A program made the position numbers and the translations under genes. From an uncultured bacterium (GTDB taxonomy: Bacteria; UBP7; UBA6624), in contig CAXGSM010000004.1 in the NCBI GenBank assembly GCA_964012435.1, positions 10,711-74,710 on the forward strand: a stretch of 64,000 nt of DNA, in the 5' to 3' direction. The notes under the pieces are model-generated. The model was not told where the DNA came from and did not search any database. It saw only the letters and a list, made by a program, of their open reading frames with translations. Numbering within the stretch: the stretch's first letter is position 1; each line of letters begins with the position of its first letter. Below are positions 28,997 through 40,095 of the stretch, piece by piece.

Positions 28997-30787
28997 ATGG
29001 ATATTTCTGTTTTTTTAGGCATTTGTGCAATAATTCTTCTGGTTTTTGATCTTGTTGCTTATGAAAGAGTAGGGGCAGGATTGTGGTTTTTGCTGATTGT
29101 TTTTGGTTCACTTAGCCCTTCAGAAGGTCTTGCTGTCATTGTTGATCCGGCTGTAGTTACAATTTCCGCCTTGTATGTACTTGGTTTTGCTATTCAAAAA
29201 AGCGGAGCTTTTAATCTGATAGGAAGATTCTTGGTTGGAAACGAAGGGGAGCCAAAATCTGTAACAAGATTTAGGGTCGGTTTTTTCTTTTTTGTGATTG
29301 CGGTTCTTTCAATGTTTCTTAACAATACTGCTGTTGTGATAATTCTTATACCTGTTGCATTAGAGCTAGGAAGAAGAAGTGGCATCTCTACAAGCAAGCT
29401 TCTTATACCAATATCGTATGTTGCAATTTTGGGTGGAGCAATGACTCTCATAGGGACTTCAACCAATTTACTTGTTGCTCAGTCTTATTCAGAGCTTATT
29501 GCATTAAATCAGTTAGATTTTCGAAAAATAGAAATGTTTTCTTTTGCTGTTCCAGGTTTTGCTGCTGCTCTTGCAGGTGGAATTTGGTTAACCCTTTTTG
29601 GAAGAAAGTTGCTTCCTGACACCCATATTCGTGAAAACTTGACTGAAAATTATGAATTAAATAGTTTTATGGTTGCTTTTCGAATACAAGAAAATTCAAT
29701 ATTGATAGGTAAAAATCTTGAAGATTCAGGATTTCTTTTTGAATCAGGGGTTGAGCTTATAGAGATACACAGAAAAGATCATCATATGGTTATGGCCCCT
29801 CACAGGGATACTTTATTTGTTGAGGGTGATGAGTTTTTAGTCAGAGTTAATCCTGAGAGATGCGGATACCTTTCCGAGAAGTATGAAATACAAATGATAG
29901 GACCTGAGCAAGAGCTTCAGTCTGCTGCAGAGGAAGGCTTGAAGCTAGGTCAGGCATTAGTTGTTCCTGGTTCTCAAATGGCAGGAAGAACAATTGCAGA
30001 ACTTTCATTTCGTGATCATTTTGGCTTGACTGTTCTGGGGATAAGACATGGATCAAAACCCATAAAAGGTTCATTAATGAATTATCGATTGCGTGTAGGG
30101 GACACATTGCTTCTTCATGGAACTTCAACAAATTTTGATAAGATCAACGAACCTTATTCAGATTTAGTAATTGTTTCTGAAAATAAATATAATTTTTTTC
30201 ATAGGAAACATGCTAATGTTGCAATATTGGCATTATTTGCATTTATATTTTTAGCCTATAAAGGTTTTTCGTTAGATCTTGTGTCAATCATTGTTGTGGG
30301 TGGAATGTTGATTTTTAATACTGTAAAGATAGAGGAAGCAATAGAGGCAGTTGATCATAAAGTTATTGTGCTTCTCGTAGGTCTTCTTGCTTGGAGTAAT
30401 GCAATGTATGAAAAAGGGATTTTTGATAATCTTGTTCAGGATCTTCAAGGCAGTCTTCAAAATATTTCCTCATCCCTAGCATTGGTTATTATTTACTTGC
30501 TAGTTGCAGTAGCAACAAGCTTTTTGTCTAATGCAGCAACTGCAATTACATTTGTTCCATTGGTACTGACCTTATGCACTTCGATGAATTGGGATCCTTA
30601 TCCTTTCATGCTTGCTGTTGCGATAGCGGCTTCGGCATCTTTTGCAACACCTATTGGATATCAGACAAATACCCTTGTGTTTAGTTTGGGTCAGTATAAG
30701 TTTAAAGATTTTATAAAAATCGGAATCCCAATGACTTTGATAACTGGTGCTGCAGCTTGCTGGACAATTATTTATTATTATCTTTAA
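28997..30787 (+). CDS. SLC13/CitMHS family permease with TrkA-C (RCK-C) domains
   Basis: FLNNTAVV, LGGAMTLIGTSTNL, two soluble RCK-C repeats, SNAAT, ASFATPIGYQTN. Confidence 0.9.
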   Translation: MDISVFLGICAIILLVFDLVAYERVGAGLWFLLIVFGSLSPSEGLAVIVDPAVVTISALYVLGFAIQKSGAFNLIGRFLVGNEGEPKSVTRFRVGFFFFVIAVLSMFLNNTAVVIILIPVALELGRRSGISTSKLLIPISYVAILGGAMTLIGTSTNLLVAQSYSELIALNQLDFRKIEMFSFAVPGFAAALAGGIWLTLFGRKLLPDTHIRENLTENYELNSFMVAFRIQENSILIGKNLEDSGFLFESGVELIEIHRKDHHMVMAPHRDTLFVEGDEFLVRVNPERCGYLSEKYEIQMIGPEQELQSAAEEGLKLGQALVVPGSQMAGRTIAELSFRDHFGLTVLGIRHGSKPIKGSLMNYRLRVGDTLLLHGTSTNFDKINEPYSDLVIVSENKYNFFHRKHANVAILALFAFIFLAYKGFSLDLVSIIVVGGMLIFNTVKIEEAIEAVDHKVIVLLVGLLAWSNAMYEKGIFDNLVQDLQGSLQNISSSLALVIIYLLVAVATSFLSNAATAITFVPLVLTLCTSMNWDPYPFMLAVAIAASASFATPIGYQTNTLVFSLGQYKFKDFIKIGIPMTLITGAAACWTIIYYYL

Positions 30788-31611
30788 TCAATAATTTCCA
30801 AATTACCAATTCTGTTTTTGTTTTCATTTTCTGATATTTTTTCTTCAGCAAATTTTGATATATTTGTAATTATTTTTTGCCAAATGTTATTTTCTAAATT
30901 TTTAGGATTTGATAAATAAGGCTTACCTGATTCGCATGTTTGAGCTATTGATGGGTCAAAAGGTATTTCACCAATTATTTTTAAATTATTCTTTACGGCA
31001 AATGAATCAATCGCATTAGGAAAAAGCGGTAGTATTTTGTTTTGTGATTTATCAAAATAACCACTCATGTTTGTAATAATTCCTATAATTTCACAATTCA
31101 ATTTATCAAAAGCACTTTTTGACCTCAAAGCATCATTGATTGATGTGTTTTGAGGGGTTGTTACAAGTACGCTTCCTGATGGTTTTAATATGCTTGCTAG
31201 CGATATTAAAGGATCTCCGGTTCCTGGAGGTATATCAGCAATAAGGATATCAATCTCTCCCCATTCCACATCTTTTGTTAATTGTTCTAATGCTCTATGG
31301 ACTACTGGACCTCTCCAAATCAGAGGCTTGTCCCTGCTGACTATTGAACCCATTGAAAGTATTTTTATCCCATGTCTTTCGTGCGGAATTATTGACCCTG
31401 TTTCTGTTGCTCCTGTTTTTTCAGGAAGATTAAAAAAATGAGATTGACTAGGTCCGTATATGTCTGCATCAAGCAATCCAACCTTGAATCCTTTTGAGGC
31501 AAGCCCGAGTGCAACATTAGCAGAAACCATTGATTTGCCAACTCCGCCTTTGCCTGATCCGATAAGAATCGATGCTTTGATTCTGTTTTTATTGCTTGTT
31601 GCTGTTTTCAT
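30784..31611 (-). CDS. Mrp/ApbC/NBP35 family ATPase
   Basis: SGKGGVGKS, DADIYGPS, IWRGP, DIPPGTGD, VTTPQ, NMS. Confidence 0.92.
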   Translation of the reverse strand: MKTATSNKNRIKASILIGSGKGGVGKSMVSANVALGLASKGFKVGLLDADIYGPSQSHFFNLPEKTGATETGSIIPHERHGIKILSMGSIVSRDKPLIWRGPVVHRALEQLTKDVEWGEIDILIADIPPGTGDPLISLASILKPSGSVLVTTPQNTSINDALRSKSAFDKLNCEIIGIITNMSGYFDKSQNKILPLFPNAIDSFAVKNNLKIIGEIPFDPSIAQTCESGKPYLSNPKNLENNIWQKIITNISKFAEEKISENENKNRIGNLEIID

Positions 31612-31622
31612 CAAAGTATAGT

Positions 31623-33686
31623 TTAATTACTAAAGATGTTTTTTGGTTCAAATTCAAAATTATTTGGTGACTCAAATGTATTCCATGAAAGATTAGGGGC
31701 GGAAAGTCTCATGAACATGTTAAACATTAATGCTGGGTAACTGCCTCCGCTCAAGTTTCCACCGCCTTGTTTTGAGCCTATCCATATTCCGGTACATAAA
31801 TCAGGTATGCATCCAACATACCAACCATCCCTGTTATTTTGACTTGTACCGCTTTTTCCAAAAATGACATGTTTCTTTGGTCCAATTGTTTTGTTTGTGG
31901 AGGGAAACCACTCTTGCATGCATTCTCCAGCTGATTTTGGTATCTCTGTCTCAAGGCCGTTACACATTATTGATGCAGCTGCAGTACTTTTTTCATTCTG
32001 TATCGCTTCGCCAAGTATGTGAATGGTTTTTTTGGCTGTTTGTGCTTCAAATATTTTTTGAGAGCTATTTTTGTGTTTGAAAAGTATTTCACCATTTTCA
32101 GTAGCACCAGATTCAAAAAATTTGAAATTCCTTTTTTCTCCATACGAGGCGAGGGTAGAGAAAAGTGTAGTTATTTCAAGAAGGTTCATTTCTATTGACC
32201 CAAGAGCTGCTGAAAGGTAGTTTCCCCAAGGTTTTTTAAATTTCATTTTTTCCCAGTATTCTGACATTGTCTCATTTCCTACTTTATCTAAAAGTGCGAC
32301 AAAGGGAACATTAGAAGAGTTTGCAAAAGCATTGATCCAATTTGATATTTTTAAATATTCATCATCGTGATTTTCAGGAGCGTATATGCTTGAGTCATCT
32401 TCGTTCCAAAATAATGTTTGTTTATCCGCTATTTTCTGGTTTAAATCCATCCCATCTTCCAATGCAACCGTGAAAATGAAAGGTTTAATTGTGGATCCGG
32501 GACTTCTGAATGATTTTGAAAAATCATACCAATTTCCGCTTGAAGTTATTTTTTCATCTTCAAGACAATCTAATTCATCTCCATTTTCATAATTTGCTTT
32601 TTTTTCTTTTCCGGCTACTTCATGTTGAGAGGTTACAAAAGCCCTAATTGCTCCTGTTTTTGGGTCTATTGAGATCAAAGAAACACCCTCTATCCCTCCA
32701 AGCTCTTCATCAATTTTTTGCCCCTTAAGTTTTTCCATAAAAAAGCAAACAGAAGCATAAGCATTATTTTGAAGCTTCTTATCCAGGGTCGTGTTTATTA
32801 ACGGGTAGTCGGAAATCTTGATGTTGGAGTTTTCTTTAAGCGAGTTGATAAAACCCGTTGCATAAAATGTTTTTTCTAACGGTTTTAATTTAATTTCATT
32901 ATTTAAGTTTTCTCTATATTCTTTTTCGCTTATGAAATTCAGTTCAAGCATTCTCCCAAGAACGTTTTCTTTTCTCTGATTAGCATCATTGATATATGTA
33001 AGAGGGTCATACCTTGTTGGACTTTGAGCTAATCCAACAATCAGTGCTATCTCATGCGTTTTTAGTTCCCATGGTTTTTTTGAGAATAAGGATTCTGAAG
33101 CATTGAGCAATCCTGGATTTGAGGGAACGAAGCTAATCCATGTGTACCAATTTTCAAGTATTTCTTCTTTTGTCATTTCTTTTTCTATAAGTATTGCTGC
33201 AAAAATTTCACGTAATTTTCTAATGTATGTCTTTTCTTCACCGACAACCTCTTTAAATGCTGTTCTTGCTAGTTGTTGAGTTATGGTTGAAGCACCCTCA
33301 ACAATTTTTTTATTTTTTTGATTTGCTAAAAATGCTCTCGCAATTGCAGACCCATCGACACCACCATGTGAAAAAAATCTTTTATCTTCTGCTGCAACTG
33401 CTGCAAGCATTAATGTTTTGCTTGACATTTCTCTCTGGATGTCTAATTCAGGAATTCCTGTTTTTGAATTCTTGAATTCAAATCGCTTAAAGCCATCTTG
33501 ATAATATATTTGATTTCCATATCTATCTAGGTAAACTGGAGAGCTAGGAGTTTCGGCAAGTTTTTGCCTTATGTTACCCATTTCGCTTCTAACTGAAAAT
33601 GAAATATAAGCTATAAAAATTAAAGAAATTGAAACAAGTGTCCTCAAAAATGCTCTAATTATTTTTAACAACATCCTGATTCTCAT
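31623..33686 (-). CDS. Class A penicillin-binding protein (transglycosylase/transpeptidase)
   Basis: N-terminal TM; EDKRF, GASTITQQL, RKLRE; PGSTIKP (SxxK), SSN (SxN), GKSGT. Confidence 0.92.
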   Translation of the reverse strand: MRIRMLLKIIRAFLRTLVSISLIFIAYISFSVRSEMGNIRQKLAETPSSPVYLDRYGNQIYYQDGFKRFEFKNSKTGIPELDIQREMSSKTLMLAAVAAEDKRFFSHGGVDGSAIARAFLANQKNKKIVEGASTITQQLARTAFKEVVGEEKTYIRKLREIFAAILIEKEMTKEEILENWYTWISFVPSNPGLLNASESLFSKKPWELKTHEIALIVGLAQSPTRYDPLTYINDANQRKENVLGRMLELNFISEKEYRENLNNEIKLKPLEKTFYATGFINSLKENSNIKISDYPLINTTLDKKLQNNAYASVCFFMEKLKGQKIDEELGGIEGVSLISIDPKTGAIRAFVTSQHEVAGKEKKANYENGDELDCLEDEKITSSGNWYDFSKSFRSPGSTIKPFIFTVALEDGMDLNQKIADKQTLFWNEDDSSIYAPENHDDEYLKISNWINAFANSSNVPFVALLDKVGNETMSEYWEKMKFKKPWGNYLSAALGSIEMNLLEITTLFSTLASYGEKRNFKFFESGATENGEILFKHKNSSQKIFEAQTAKKTIHILGEAIQNEKSTAAASIMCNGLETEIPKSAGECMQEWFPSTNKTIGPKKHVIFGKSGTSQNNRDGWYVGCIPDLCTGIWIGSKQGGGNLSGGSYPALMFNMFMRLSAPNLSWNTFESPNNFEFEPKNIFSN

Positions 33687-33735
33687 GATTCTTTTAATAG
33701 ATTTTATTTATTACTTTCTATAATTGAGTGTTGAA

Positions 33736-34911
33736 ATGATGACTAATTCAAATTCCATAGACTTTTTATTAAGGTGCGCTGATACTGTTATTAGCAAGGA
33801 TGAACTTAAAAAAAGAATTTTAAGCAAGAAAAAATTAAACCTTAAACTAGGGGTTGACCCAACAGCTCCAGAACTCCATTTAGGACATATGGTAATCCTT
33901 AAAGCCTTAAGAAGGTTTCAGGATCATGGACACAATGTTCAAATTGTTATTGGTGGTTTTACGGCATTAGTTGGTGACCCAAGTGGTAAAAAAGCTACAA
34001 GACCGGTATTAACATCCGCTGAAATTAAAAAAAATACTAAACGTTACAAGGAGCAAGCATTATTGATTCTTGATTCAAAAAAAACAGACTTCCTTAACAA
34101 TAATGATTGGCTAGGCAAACTGTCTGCTGCAGAGATATTAAAGATATGCCAGGCAAGGAGTCTCAACAGGATTATTGAAAGAGATGATTTCAGAGGTCGT
34201 TTAGAGAGGGGCGAAAGCATTAGGGTTCACGAGATTCTCTATCCAATATTCCAAGCCCATGACTCCGTTGTTATGTGTCCAGATGTAGAAATGGGCGGCA
34301 CAGATCAGATTCCAAATTTCATGACAACAAGGCAGGCGATGAAGGAAAGTAGTCAGGAACCAGAGGTAGTTATCACCATGCCTCTTCTTGTAGGCCTTGA
34401 TGGAAAAAAGAAAATGAGCAAATCTTACGAGAACCATATATCTCTTGAAGAGAATGCAAAAGACATGTATGGAAAATTAATGAGCCTTCCTGACGCTCCA
34501 ATGAGAGATTATTTTCAATTGTTGACAGATATTGAAGACTTGAAGATTTCTGAGATTTTAACAATGCATCCAATGGATTCAAAAAAAATTCTTGCTTTTG
34601 AGGTTACTGCTTTTCTCAAAGGGAAGGAGGCTGCGCTGTCTGCAAAGTCTCATTTTGAAAAAACAATACAAAAAAAGACAGTTCCCGAGGATAGAAAAAC
34701 CTTTACATATTCTGATGATATTAATTTGTTGGATGTAATTTATAAAACTGGCAATTTTTCTAGTAAAAATGAGGTAAAAAGACTTATTTCTGGAGGTGGT
34801 GTAAAGGTTGATGGAGATAGAATCAATGACTGGCAATTTTTATTTAAGCCAAGATTCAAAGGTACAGTAAAAGCTGGAAAGAGATTCTGGTTTGACTTGG
34901 AGGTATTGTGA
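33736..34911 (+). CDS. tyrS: Tyrosine--tRNA ligase
   Basis: [31 protein letters not shown]-terminal S4 domain; ATG 33736 preferred. Confidence 0.96.
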   Translation: MMTNSNSIDFLLRCADTVISKDELKKRILSKKKLNLKLGVDPTAPELHLGHMVILKALRRFQDHGHNVQIVIGGFTALVGDPSGKKATRPVLTSAEIKKNTKRYKEQALLILDSKKTDFLNNNDWLGKLSAAEILKICQARSLNRIIERDDFRGRLERGESIRVHEILYPIFQAHDSVVMCPDVEMGGTDQIPNFMTTRQAMKESSQEPEVVITMPLLVGLDGKKKMSKSYENHISLEENAKDMYGKLMSLPDAPMRDYFQLLTDIEDLKISEILTMHPMDSKKILAFEVTAFLKGKEAALSAKSHFEKTIQKKTVPEDRKTFTYSDDINLLDVIYKTGNFSSKNEVKRLISGGGVKVDGDRINDWQFLFKPRFKGTVKAGKRFWFDLEVL

Positions 34912-36116
34912 CAAAAATTACTATGAAAAATGAGGAACTGTGTGTTCCAAGCAATCCAACAATTCCTTTTATAGAAGGAGATGGAATAGGTCCAGATATA
35001 TGGCAGGCAAGCGTACGTGTTTTCGATGCATCTGTAGAGAAAGCATATTCTGGAGAAAGGAAGATTGATTGGCTTGAGGTTTTGGCAGGAGAGAAAGCTT
35101 ACAAAGAAACTGGCAATTGGCTTCCTGATGCGACTATAGAAGCTTTTAGGAATTATCTAGTGGGTATAAAAGGGCCTTTAACTACTCCTGTTGGTGGAGG
35201 CATGAGAAGTTTAAATGTTGCTTTAAGGCAGATTTTAGATCTTTATGTTTGCTTGAGGCCTGTTAGATGGTTTAAGGGTGTTCCTAGTCCTGTAAAAGAT
35301 CCCCAAAAGGTTAACATGGTGATTTTTAGGGAAAATACTGAAGATATTTATGCAGGTATAGAGTATGCTTTTGATTCCAAGGATACGAAAAAGTTTTTGA
35401 ACTGGATGTCTGATGAATTTCCTGAAAAATATAAGAAAATAAGATTCCCTGACTCTTGCGGTATAGGGATAAAGCCAGTCTCAAAAGAGGGCACATCCAG
35501 GCTTGTAGGGTCTGCTTTTGATTTTATGTTTAAAAATAAAAGAAAAAACTTAACACTTGTGCATAAAGGAAACATAATGAAGTTTACAGAGGGCGCTTTT
35601 AGGGACTGGGGTTATGAGGTTGCAGACTCTAGAGGCGCAAAAGTTTTAGAAGAAGGGCCTTGGAGAGTTTTTGAAACTGGGGAAATTGTTAAGGATGTTA
35701 TTGCTGATGCATTTTTGCAACAAATATTAACAAGGCCAGATGAATATGATGTCATAGCGACGCTTAACCTTAACGGCGATTACATTTCAGATGCGCTTGC
35801 TGCTCAGGTTGGAGGTATCGGCATTGCCCCTGGGGGTAATCTTAATTACCAATCTGGTCATGCTATCTTTGAGGCAACTCATGGAACGGCGCCAAAGTAT
35901 GCAGGACAGGACAAGGTCAATCCGGGTTCAGTTATACTTTCAGGCGAATTGATGTTGAGGCATCTTGGCTGGACTGAAGCAGCTGACCTAATAATAAAAG
36001 GAATAGAGGATTCAATTGCTGACAAGCAAGTTACTTATGATTTTGCCCGTTTAATTGGTGGAGTCAAGCCTGTTAGCTGTTCTGCTTTTGGAGATTCTAT
36101 TATTGAGAGGATGTAA
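34908..36116 (+). CDS. icd: NADP-dependent isocitrate dehydrogenase (dimeric type)
   Basis: [50 protein letters not shown]. Confidence 0.97.
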   Translation: MTKITMKNEELCVPSNPTIPFIEGDGIGPDIWQASVRVFDASVEKAYSGERKIDWLEVLAGEKAYKETGNWLPDATIEAFRNYLVGIKGPLTTPVGGGMRSLNVALRQILDLYVCLRPVRWFKGVPSPVKDPQKVNMVIFRENTEDIYAGIEYAFDSKDTKKFLNWMSDEFPEKYKKIRFPDSCGIGIKPVSKEGTSRLVGSAFDFMFKNKRKNLTLVHKGNIMKFTEGAFRDWGYEVADSRGAKVLEEGPWRVFETGEIVKDVIADAFLQQILTRPDEYDVIATLNLNGDYISDALAAQVGGIGIAPGGNLNYQSGHAIFEATHGTAPKYAGQDKVNPGSVILSGELMLRHLGWTEAADLIIKGIEDSIADKQVTYDFARLIGGVKPVSCSAFGDSIIERM

Positions 36117-37252
36117 TGGATTTTAAAGAATATCAAGGAAAAAAAGTTTTATCTGAAAGGTTTGAAAATGTAGCCTTGGGGCTTGTGACTTCAAATGTGC
36201 GTGATGCTGTTGGCTATTCTTCTGAAGTTGGTTTTCCAGTAGTTATAAAGGCGCAAGTGCTTATAGGTGGTAGAGGTAAAGCTGGTGGTGTAAAGCTGGC
36301 TTTCAACCAGGAAGAGGTTAAAAGTATTGCTGATGATATATTAGGAATGGATATAAAAGGTCATAAGGTCGAAGAGATCCTTGTTGCAAAAGCTGTCGAC
36401 ATAAAAGAGGAATGGTACATGAGCATTACTTTTGATAGAGCAAATCGCTCTATGACACTTATTTTTTCTGTCGAAGGTGGTGTTGATATAGAGCAGGTTG
36501 CTCATGAATCGCCAGAAAAGGTTCTTAAAATGCCAATCAATTCATTGGAAGGTTTGGAGATTTCTGACTTGAAAAAAAGATTACTTGAAGCAGGTTTGAA
36601 CAAGAGCCATGTTGATGAGCTTGTAAAAATAATAATCTCTTCATATGCCATGGTTGTAGACAAAGACCTGACTCTTTTAGAAGTCAACCCTCTTGTCTTA
36701 ACTGATGATGAAGAAATTGTTATTCTTGATTGCAAAATGAGTGTTGATGATACTGCTGAATTTAGACAATCAGCATTGTTTGAAATGAATTCAGAGGATG
36801 GTGATGCCAGGGAGAAGATGGCAAAAAAGCAAGGCTTTTCTTATGTTCATCTAGAAGGAGACGTAGGTATTATTGGAAATGGAGCAGGTTTGGTTATGGC
36901 AACTATGGATGCTGTTAAAAATGCAGGCGGAGAACCAGCTAATTTTTTAGATATAGGTGGAGGTGCAAAAGCGGAAGTTGTAAATAACGCTTTGAAGCTT
37001 GTTGAAGGAAACCCAAAAGTCAAATCAATATTTATTAATGTTTTCGGTGGCATTACGAGAGGAGATGAGGTTGCTAGAGGTATAGCTGACGTTGTAAACG
37101 AATCTGCTCCTAGGGTTCCAATAGTGATAAGACTAACTGGGACAAGAGCAGAAGAAGGTTTGGAGATTTTAAAAAATGAAACGGATTTAAGCGTTACGGA
37201 TGTTATGGATGAAGCTGCAGAGCTTGCCGTTAAGTTAGGTGATGAGTCATGA
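36116..37252 (+). CDS. sucC: Succinyl-CoA synthetase beta subunit
   Basis: EYQGK, KAQVLIGGRGKAGG, EVNPL, NGAGLVMATMD, PANFLDIGGGA. Confidence 0.97.
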   Translation: MDFKEYQGKKVLSERFENVALGLVTSNVRDAVGYSSEVGFPVVIKAQVLIGGRGKAGGVKLAFNQEEVKSIADDILGMDIKGHKVEEILVAKAVDIKEEWYMSITFDRANRSMTLIFSVEGGVDIEQVAHESPEKVLKMPINSLEGLEISDLKKRLLEAGLNKSHVDELVKIIISSYAMVVDKDLTLLEVNPLVLTDDEEIVILDCKMSVDDTAEFRQSALFEMNSEDGDAREKMAKKQGFSYVHLEGDVGIIGNGAGLVMATMDAVKNAGGEPANFLDIGGGAKAEVVNNALKLVEGNPKVKSIFINVFGGITRGDEVARGIADVVNESAPRVPIVIRLTGTRAEEGLEILKNETDLSVTDVMDEAAELAVKLGDES

Positions 37253-38124
37253 GTATTTGGTTAAACGATAAAACAAAAGTTATAGTTCAGGGAATGACTG
37301 GAAGAGAAGGGACTTTCCATACTGGAAATATGATCAAGTATGGAACTAATGTTGTTGCTGGTGTTACTCCTGGAAAAGGAGGAGAATCACATTTAGGCCT
37401 ACCAATTTTTGATAACTGTTCCGAGGCGGTTAAGGGCACTGGTGCTACCGCTTCTGTTATCTTTGTGCCGGCAAGATTTTGTCTAGCCGCTGTTCAGGAT
37501 GCTGTTGTCTCAGGTGTTAAGTTTTTGGTTGTTATCACTGAAGGTATACCTTTGCATGATGAAATAAAAATCGGAGCATTGGTCAGAAAGGAGGGGGTTA
37601 TCATGGTTGGACCAAATTGTCCCGGTATCTTTTCTGTAGGGCAAGCTTCAATGGGGATTATGCCTTCTAGTATTTTTAAAAGAGGTAACATTGGACTTGT
37701 TTCAAGGTCTGGAACATTAACTTATGAGCTTGTTGACCTGATAAGCAGAGCAGGCTTAGGGATCTCAACAGCTGTTGGAATAGGTGGAGACAGGGTGATA
37801 GGAGCTAGGTTTATTGAAACCTTAAAAGCTTTTAATGATGATGAAAATACACTTGCTGTTGCTATGGTGGGGGAGATAGGAGGTTCAGACGAGGAAGAAG
37901 CTGCTGAAATAATCCCTTCGCTATCTAGAATTTCAAAAAATATAGTAGGTTTTATAGGCGGAAGAACAGCTCCTCCAGGAAAAGCTATGGGTCATGCAGG
38001 AGCCATTGTGGAAGGCAACAAGGGAACACCACAAAGCAAAGTAGAAGCCTTAGAGTCGGTTGGGGTTCCTGTGCCTGAAAAGCTATCTGAAATACCAGAT
38101 ATTTTAAAAGGCTTTATTTCTTAG
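37249..38124 (+). CDS. sucD: Succinyl-CoA synthetase alpha subunit
   Basis: VQGMTG, GVTPGKGG, GPNCPG, SRSGTLTYE, MGHAGA phospho-His motif. Confidence 0.97.
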   Translation: MSIWLNDKTKVIVQGMTGREGTFHTGNMIKYGTNVVAGVTPGKGGESHLGLPIFDNCSEAVKGTGATASVIFVPARFCLAAVQDAVVSGVKFLVVITEGIPLHDEIKIGALVRKEGVIMVGPNCPGIFSVGQASMGIMPSSIFKRGNIGLVSRSGTLTYELVDLISRAGLGISTAVGIGGDRVIGARFIETLKAFNDDENTLAVAMVGEIGGSDEEEAAEIIPSLSRISKNIVGFIGGRTAPPGKAMGHAGAIVEGNKGTPQSKVEALESVGVPVPEKLSEIPDILKGFIS

Positions 38125-39076
38125 ACAGGGTATTTTTAAGCTTAAAGAATCGTGTTATTTCTTTTTCTTTAAGTATTGCAATATAAAGAATTATTGTTGC
38201 GGGAAGTGATGCTTCTATTCCTATAGATCCCCCTGTTATCAAATCATTGCCTTCTTTGTATATTGCGCCAAATTCTCTTCCTATATCTGTTCCAGATACA
38301 GATATGCCAAGTATCGGCCCCTGAATAAAGTTCCATGAAAAATGCCACCACCATGCATACCAAAGATTGCCTGTTTTAATGATTAGTTTTGCCATAATCC
38401 AGCCTGCTAAAAAAACATTTACTCTAAATAGCCACTGAAGAATGTCTGCTTCACCTGTGAGTACAGCTTGATCCCAATGAACATAAGAGAAGACAAAAGA
38501 AGAGAGTGTTAAGGGTATCCAGGCTGGACAGGTATATGTTAGTGTTCGGAAAATATAACCTCGAAAAAGAATCTCTTCAAAAAGTGCTGCGATAACCAGA
38601 ATTCCAAACATTTCACCAAGAAGGCTGGGATTCAATCTACCAGATATGTTTGTGAAGGGGTCAATTGAGCCTGTTAGAAGCGAAGGAAGAAGGCAGGCAA
38701 TGAATATTGCTGCACCATAATTAAAACCCTCAAGACCTTCCTGTAGCCTTTTTTTTGTAACACTTAAGCCCAAGGTTCCTTTTTTGTCAAAGAAGGTAAA
38801 GAAAAATTCTGATATGAATATCAAAATAAGCATTGCAAGTATTGGTCCTACTGATGCAGATCCTGGTATGTATCCCTGCACAACATCTAAACCACTTACA
38901 ACTACAAAAGATCCAAGGATTAGTGCAATCAGATAAAGTATTATTCTCAGATTTGTTCTTAAGATTCCTGATTCACACCTAAGGAGGGTTCCACCATGTT
39001 TTTTGCTGGTGTAGGCATTAAAGCAAAATGAACTTAACAAGTAAAGAATAAAAAATACTACAAGAACCACACTCAT
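38114..39076 (-). CDS. CPBP (CAAX protease/Abi) family intramembrane metalloprotease
   Basis: EEILFRGY, FSYVH, HFSWNF motifs; many TM segments. Confidence 0.88.
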   Translation of the reverse strand: MSVVLVVFFILYLLSSFCFNAYTSKKHGGTLLRCESGILRTNLRIILYLIALILGSFVVVSGLDVVQGYIPGSASVGPILAMLILIFISEFFFTFFDKKGTLGLSVTKKRLQEGLEGFNYGAAIFIACLLPSLLTGSIDPFTNISGRLNPSLLGEMFGILVIAALFEEILFRGYIFRTLTYTCPAWIPLTLSSFVFSYVHWDQAVLTGEADILQWLFRVNVFLAGWIMAKLIIKTGNLWYAWWWHFSWNFIQGPILGISVSGTDIGREFGAIYKEGNDLITGGSIGIEASLPATIILYIAILKEKEITRFFKLKNTLSKK

Positions 39077-40095
39077 TTGTAAGAGTTCATTATCTCTGTA
39101 AGGGTTTCTTCTGTAGGCCTTGTTGTTTCTTCTTCTAGAGATGCTAGTGGAGTTTCACAGAGTCTCATTTCTTGATAGATGTTCTTTTTGGAGTTATCAA
39201 GATAAAGAAGGCCCGTTAGATGTTCACCTTTAGCCATTGAGTCATTGATTGCGCCAATAGCTGCATTTCTGTTGTGGACATCGTAATCTTCTTTCGTTCC
39301 TGTTAGTCTTATTGTTGATCCATCATGCATTTCAACATCTGTTGATTCGCCTTGAGGTATGTCAATCTCATCAATCGGTGTAAAGCTAGGAATGTAATCT
39401 AAAGTTTGAAGCTCTATATCGTGATCTTTAACATAGTTGTAGCTTCTGGTGCTTCCTTCGTGATTGTTGAAGGTTACGCAAGGTGATATTACATCTATTA
39501 CTGCTGTCCCTTGGTAGCTTAGTGCTGCCTGTATCAATGGGGTGAGTTGCTTTGGTGCACCTGAAAAACTTTTTCCAACAAAACCACACCCTAATTGAAT
39601 TGCTAAACTGGTCAGGTCAATCGGTGGAATTTCGTTTGGAACTCCTTTTTTAGACTTTGATCCTTCATCTGCTGTTGCTGAAAATTGACCTTTTGTCAAA
39701 CCGTATACACCATTGTTTTCAACAATATAAACCATAGGTGCATTCCTTCTTACACAATGTACAAATTGACCTATCCCTATACTAGCTGTATCACCATCAC
39801 CAGAGACGCCCAAAACGGTAAGTTTTCTATTTGCTAAAGCCGCACCGGTAGAGACTGAAGGCATCCTTCCATGAACTGTATTGAAGCCGTGTGACTTGGA
39901 TAGAAAATATGCAGGAGTCTTAGAGCTACAGCCTATTCCAGACATTTTTGCTACCATATGTGGTTTTATTCCATTATTAAAACATGCCTTGATGATCTTG
40001 TCAGTTATTGAATCATGCCCACATCCAGCACATAAGGTTGATTTTCCACCTTTATACTCTTGTATTGGTAATCCAAGTATGTTTTCTTTACTCAT
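39073..40095 (-). CDS. korB: 2-oxoacid:ferredoxin oxidoreductase beta subunit
   Basis: LCAGCGH, SGIGCSSK, HGR, TPP motif GDGD...NNGVYGLTKGQ, SPCVTFN; substrate inferred from context only. Confidence 0.9.
   Translation of the reverse strand: MSKENILGLPIQEYKGGKSTLCAGCGHDSITDKIIKACFNNGIKPHMVAKMSGIGCSSKTPAYFLSKSHGFNTVHGRMPSVSTGAALANRKLTVLGVSGDGDTASIGIGQFVHCVRRNAPMVYIVENNGVYGLTKGQFSATADEGSKSKKGVPNEIPPIDLTSLAIQLGCGFVGKSFSGAPKQLTPLIQAALSYQGTAVIDVISPCVTFNNHEGSTRSYNYVKDHDIELQTLDYIPSFTPIDEIDIPQGESTDVEMHDGSTIRLTGTKEDYDVHNRNAAIGAINDSMAKGEHLTGLLYLDNSKKNIYQEMRLCETPLASLEEETTRPTEETLTEIMNSYK

Noticed and set aside
38114..39076. CPBP/Abi protease as a bacteriocin immunity or defence system
   Set aside because: No precursor peptide or transporter nearby; simply coupled to korB
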